Assembly: GCA_038740245.1 (NCBI GenBank)
Contig: JAVYLZ010000011.1
Location: 1 to 18,667 of the forward strand
Source: Candidatus Micrarchaeia archaeon
GTDB taxonomy: Archaea; Micrarchaeota; Micrarchaeia; CAILAH01
Reading direction: 5' to 3'
DNA: 18,667 bases
Shown: piece by piece, positions 16,655 through 18,667 of the stretch
Layout of the letters: every line of letters starts with the position of its first letter
How positions within the stretch are numbered: position 1 is the first letter of the stretch
Position numbers and translations under genes: made by a program
Notes under the pieces: generated by a model
Database searches by the model: none
What the model was told of the DNA's origin: nothing
Seen by the model: the letters and a program-made list of their open reading frames with translations, nothing else

Positions 16655-16903
16655 GGGATTACATTAGCCCGCTTTGGTTTTTATTTGTTTTTGCGGCCAT
16701 TTTCCTATTCTGAAAATGCGCGCGCAAAACTTACAGGAAGTTTTTGGGCCGCCGCATGCAGGCAGCACCTGCACAGTGCAAAAAGCAAAAGCGGGCACAA
16801 GCGCGCGTTTTTTTGGCCAATCGGGCCCTCACCGCCGTTTTTTTCAATTTCGCCCGCGTATAGCAAGCTATCGCGTCCAATTTCAGCACTGGTGTTTTAC
16901 GTC

Positions 16904-16927
16904 GTAAAAAATTTTCAGGCGGAAAAA
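16904..16927 (-). terminator. Putative T-rich terminator after aIF2-gamma
   Basis: Minus strand TTTTTCCGCCTGAAAATTTTTTAC directly after the stop codon. Confidence 0.45.
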
Positions 16928-18139
16928 TTATTTCACTATGCCGAACCCGCCGAGCCGCCACCTGTTGCCCACACGCCTGCTTATCGCAACCTTGCTGCCC
17001 TTCTCAACCACAATGGGCCTTTTTAGCGTAACGGATGCTATTCCTTTTTTGAGTGCCTTTACGATGCCGACAGAGACCGCAGTGCCCACGCTTATTACTA
17101 TGGGCTCTGACTGCTGCAGCGCAGGCATCTGCAGGTCAGCCCTATCCAAAAGCCTGTACTCAATGTTAACTTCAGCAACCGGCTCGGGGAGCGTGCCCGG
17201 CTTTCCTACAAGCTGGCCGACCAGCCCGTCAGATTTTGCGAGCGCGGGGTCCAGCATCGTTGAGAGTGCAAGAAGCCCGCCCGGCCCCGCTTCATTTACC
17301 CTGCTGCCTCCTGAGCGTATCTCTGTAATTGTCGTGTATATCTTTTCATAAGTGCCTTTCTTTGGGTCAATTGCAATGCCAGGAGATATCTCAATCTGGT
17401 CGCCGACCTTTGCCCTGCCCTGTATGATTGAGCCGCCGACCACCGCCCCAACCAGCCGCGTGATTTCCGAGCCCGGCTTGTTAACATCAAACGAGCGCGC
17501 AACGTACATCCTGAGCGGCAGCTTGTCGTTGCGCTCGGGGACCGGCACATGCTCGTAAATCGCCTTCAGGAGCGCGTCCGTGTTTATCCCGTAATTCGCA
17601 GCCATCGGGATTATGGGCGCATTCTCGGCACGCGTGCCCTTGAGGAATTCCTTTATTTTCGCATAATTTTCACGCGCCTTCTCCGGAGAGACCACATCAA
17701 CCTTGTTCTGCACCACAACAATCTTGTCAATGCCGAGTATCTCAAGCACCATAAGGTGCTCAAGGGTCTGCGGCTGCGGGCACTCCTCGTTTGCCGCAAT
17801 CACAAGTATTGCGCCGTCGGTGATGCTTGACGCCGCAATCGCTGTTGTCATGAGCGTCTCGTGGCCGGGCGCATCTATTATTGAGAACTTGCGCACCATC
17901 TCTGCGGGGGAGCCGCAGTGAACGCAGGCCTTTTTGGTGCCGAATGCAGCCGCACCCGCGCATTTTGGGCATTTGTATATCTCAACATCCGCATACCCTA
18001 TCTTGATGGTAATGCCACGCTTGACCTCCTCGCTGTGCGTGTCGGTCCACACGCCGCTCAGCGCCTTTGTAATGCTGGTCTTGCCGTGGTCAACGTGCCC
18101 AAGCATCACCACATTTATCTCCGGCTGCAATGTCATCAT
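16928..18139 (-). CDS. eif2g: Translation initiation factor 2 subunit gamma (aIF2-gamma)
   Basis: GHVDHGKT, HSEEVKRGITIKIGY, Zn knuckle CPKC..CVHC, DAPGHE, QNKVD, RSFDVNKPG and RWRL.GFG. Start is 18139 or 18136. Confidence 0.98.
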   Translation of the reverse strand: MMTLQPEINVVMLGHVDHGKTSITKALSGVWTDTHSEEVKRGITIKIGYADVEIYKCPKCAGAAAFGTKKACVHCGSPAEMVRKFSIIDAPGHETLMTTAIAASSITDGAILVIAANEECPQPQTLEHLMVLEILGIDKIVVVQNKVDVVSPEKARENYAKIKEFLKGTRAENAPIIPMAANYGINTDALLKAIYEHVPVPERNDKLPLRMYVARSFDVNKPGSEITRLVGAVVGGSIIQGRAKVGDQIEISPGIAIDPKKGTYEKIYTTITEIRSGGSRVNEAGPGGLLALSTMLDPALAKSDGLVGQLVGKPGTLPEPVAEVNIEYRLLDRADLQMPALQQSEPIVISVGTAVSVGIVKALKKGIASVTLKRPIVVEKGSKVAISRRVGNRWRLGGFGIVK

Positions 18140-18145
18140 ATCACT

Positions 18146-18568
18146 TTACTTCTTCTTTTTCGGGGCCGGCTTTTCCTCCTTCTTCTTTTCCGCGCCCTCC
18201 TTTTTGGGGAACAGCTCGGCAAGCTTTTGTGCACCCTCCTTTACAACAACGAGGTTCAGCTGCGATATTTCGGCCGACACAGTATTCCCGCGCACGCTTT
18301 TCCTGCGGCGCTCGCCCTTTCTCCCCTTGCGTATGCCGGGGCCGCTGCTCAGCAGCACGCTTTTGCGCGCGGTGCCGGGCACATCGGGCCTCATTGGGAA
18401 GCCGGACGTGTCGCTGCCCCCTGTGATTTTTAGGGCATACCCAGCCGCACCTATAAGCTCGCCGTCTATCTCATCACCAATCTTTTTGCCAAAAAGAGCC
18501 GACGCCTTACCGGCATCAATCTCCGCTACGTGGGTCGCCCCACTTTTCTCAGATATGTTCAGTTTCAT
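18146..18568 (-). CDS. rps6e: 30S ribosomal protein S6e
   Basis: MKLNIS, KITGGSDTSGFPM, GERRRKSVRGN and QLNLVV. GGTGG SD. Directly upstream of aIF2-gamma, the usual archaeal pairing. Confidence 0.97.
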   Translation of the reverse strand: MKLNISEKSGATHVAEIDAGKASALFGKKIGDEIDGELIGAAGYALKITGGSDTSGFPMRPDVPGTARKSVLLSSGPGIRKGRKGERRRKSVRGNTVSAEISQLNLVVVKEGAQKLAELFPKKEGAEKKKEEKPAPKKKK

Positions 18569-18607
18569 GGTACCACCGGTGCACGCACATAGCGTACACA
18601 GCTGCTA

Positions 18608-18638
18608 CTTTAAAGCCCCCTATGTTTATAATTATTAA
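18608..18638 (-). promoter_or_regulatory. Putative promoter of the rps6e-aIF2g operon
   Basis: Minus strand TTAATAATTATAAACATA and CTTTAAAG upstream of ATG 18568. Confidence 0.45.
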
Positions 18639-18667
18639 CCAGCTTTCCGCCCGCGCGCATTCAAAGG

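Noticed and set aside
17918..18638. 171 and 234 aa plus-strand ORFs
   Set aside because: Antisense to aIF2-gamma and rps6e.

Overview
Gene-dense archaeal chromosomal window, most consistent with a DPANN lineage such as Micrarchaeota. This is an inference from archaeal-type PheRS, MCM, aIF2-gamma and rpS6e, GGTG(A) Shine-Dalgarno sites and TATA-box promoters. The right two thirds are mostly housekeeping: pheS-pheT, tRNA-Phe(GAA), a small Zn-finger protein, a degenerate glutamine synthetase-like gene, a conserved hypothetical, a presenilin-type GxGD protease, mcm, aIF2-gamma and rps6e. The left third is an uncharacterised minus-strand cluster: an ankyrin-repeat protein, a ~413 aa helical protein and a ~1529 aa giant protein. 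The last two share a peptidoglycan-binding-domain-like motif, and the giant protein ends in a long Gly/aromatic beta-strand-rich region resembling a membrane beta-barrel. This cluster is the best candidate for a novel system (host attachment, pore formation or antibacterial activity). Other oddities: a triplicated SD+ATG unit making uORFs ahead of pheS, a frameshifted AT-rich surface-protein gene at the tRNA 3' end, a hairpin-rich tRNA leader sharing a 20-nt motif with the mcm upstream region, and strong TCGA/GATC avoidance. All calls are by eye; no database searches were run.
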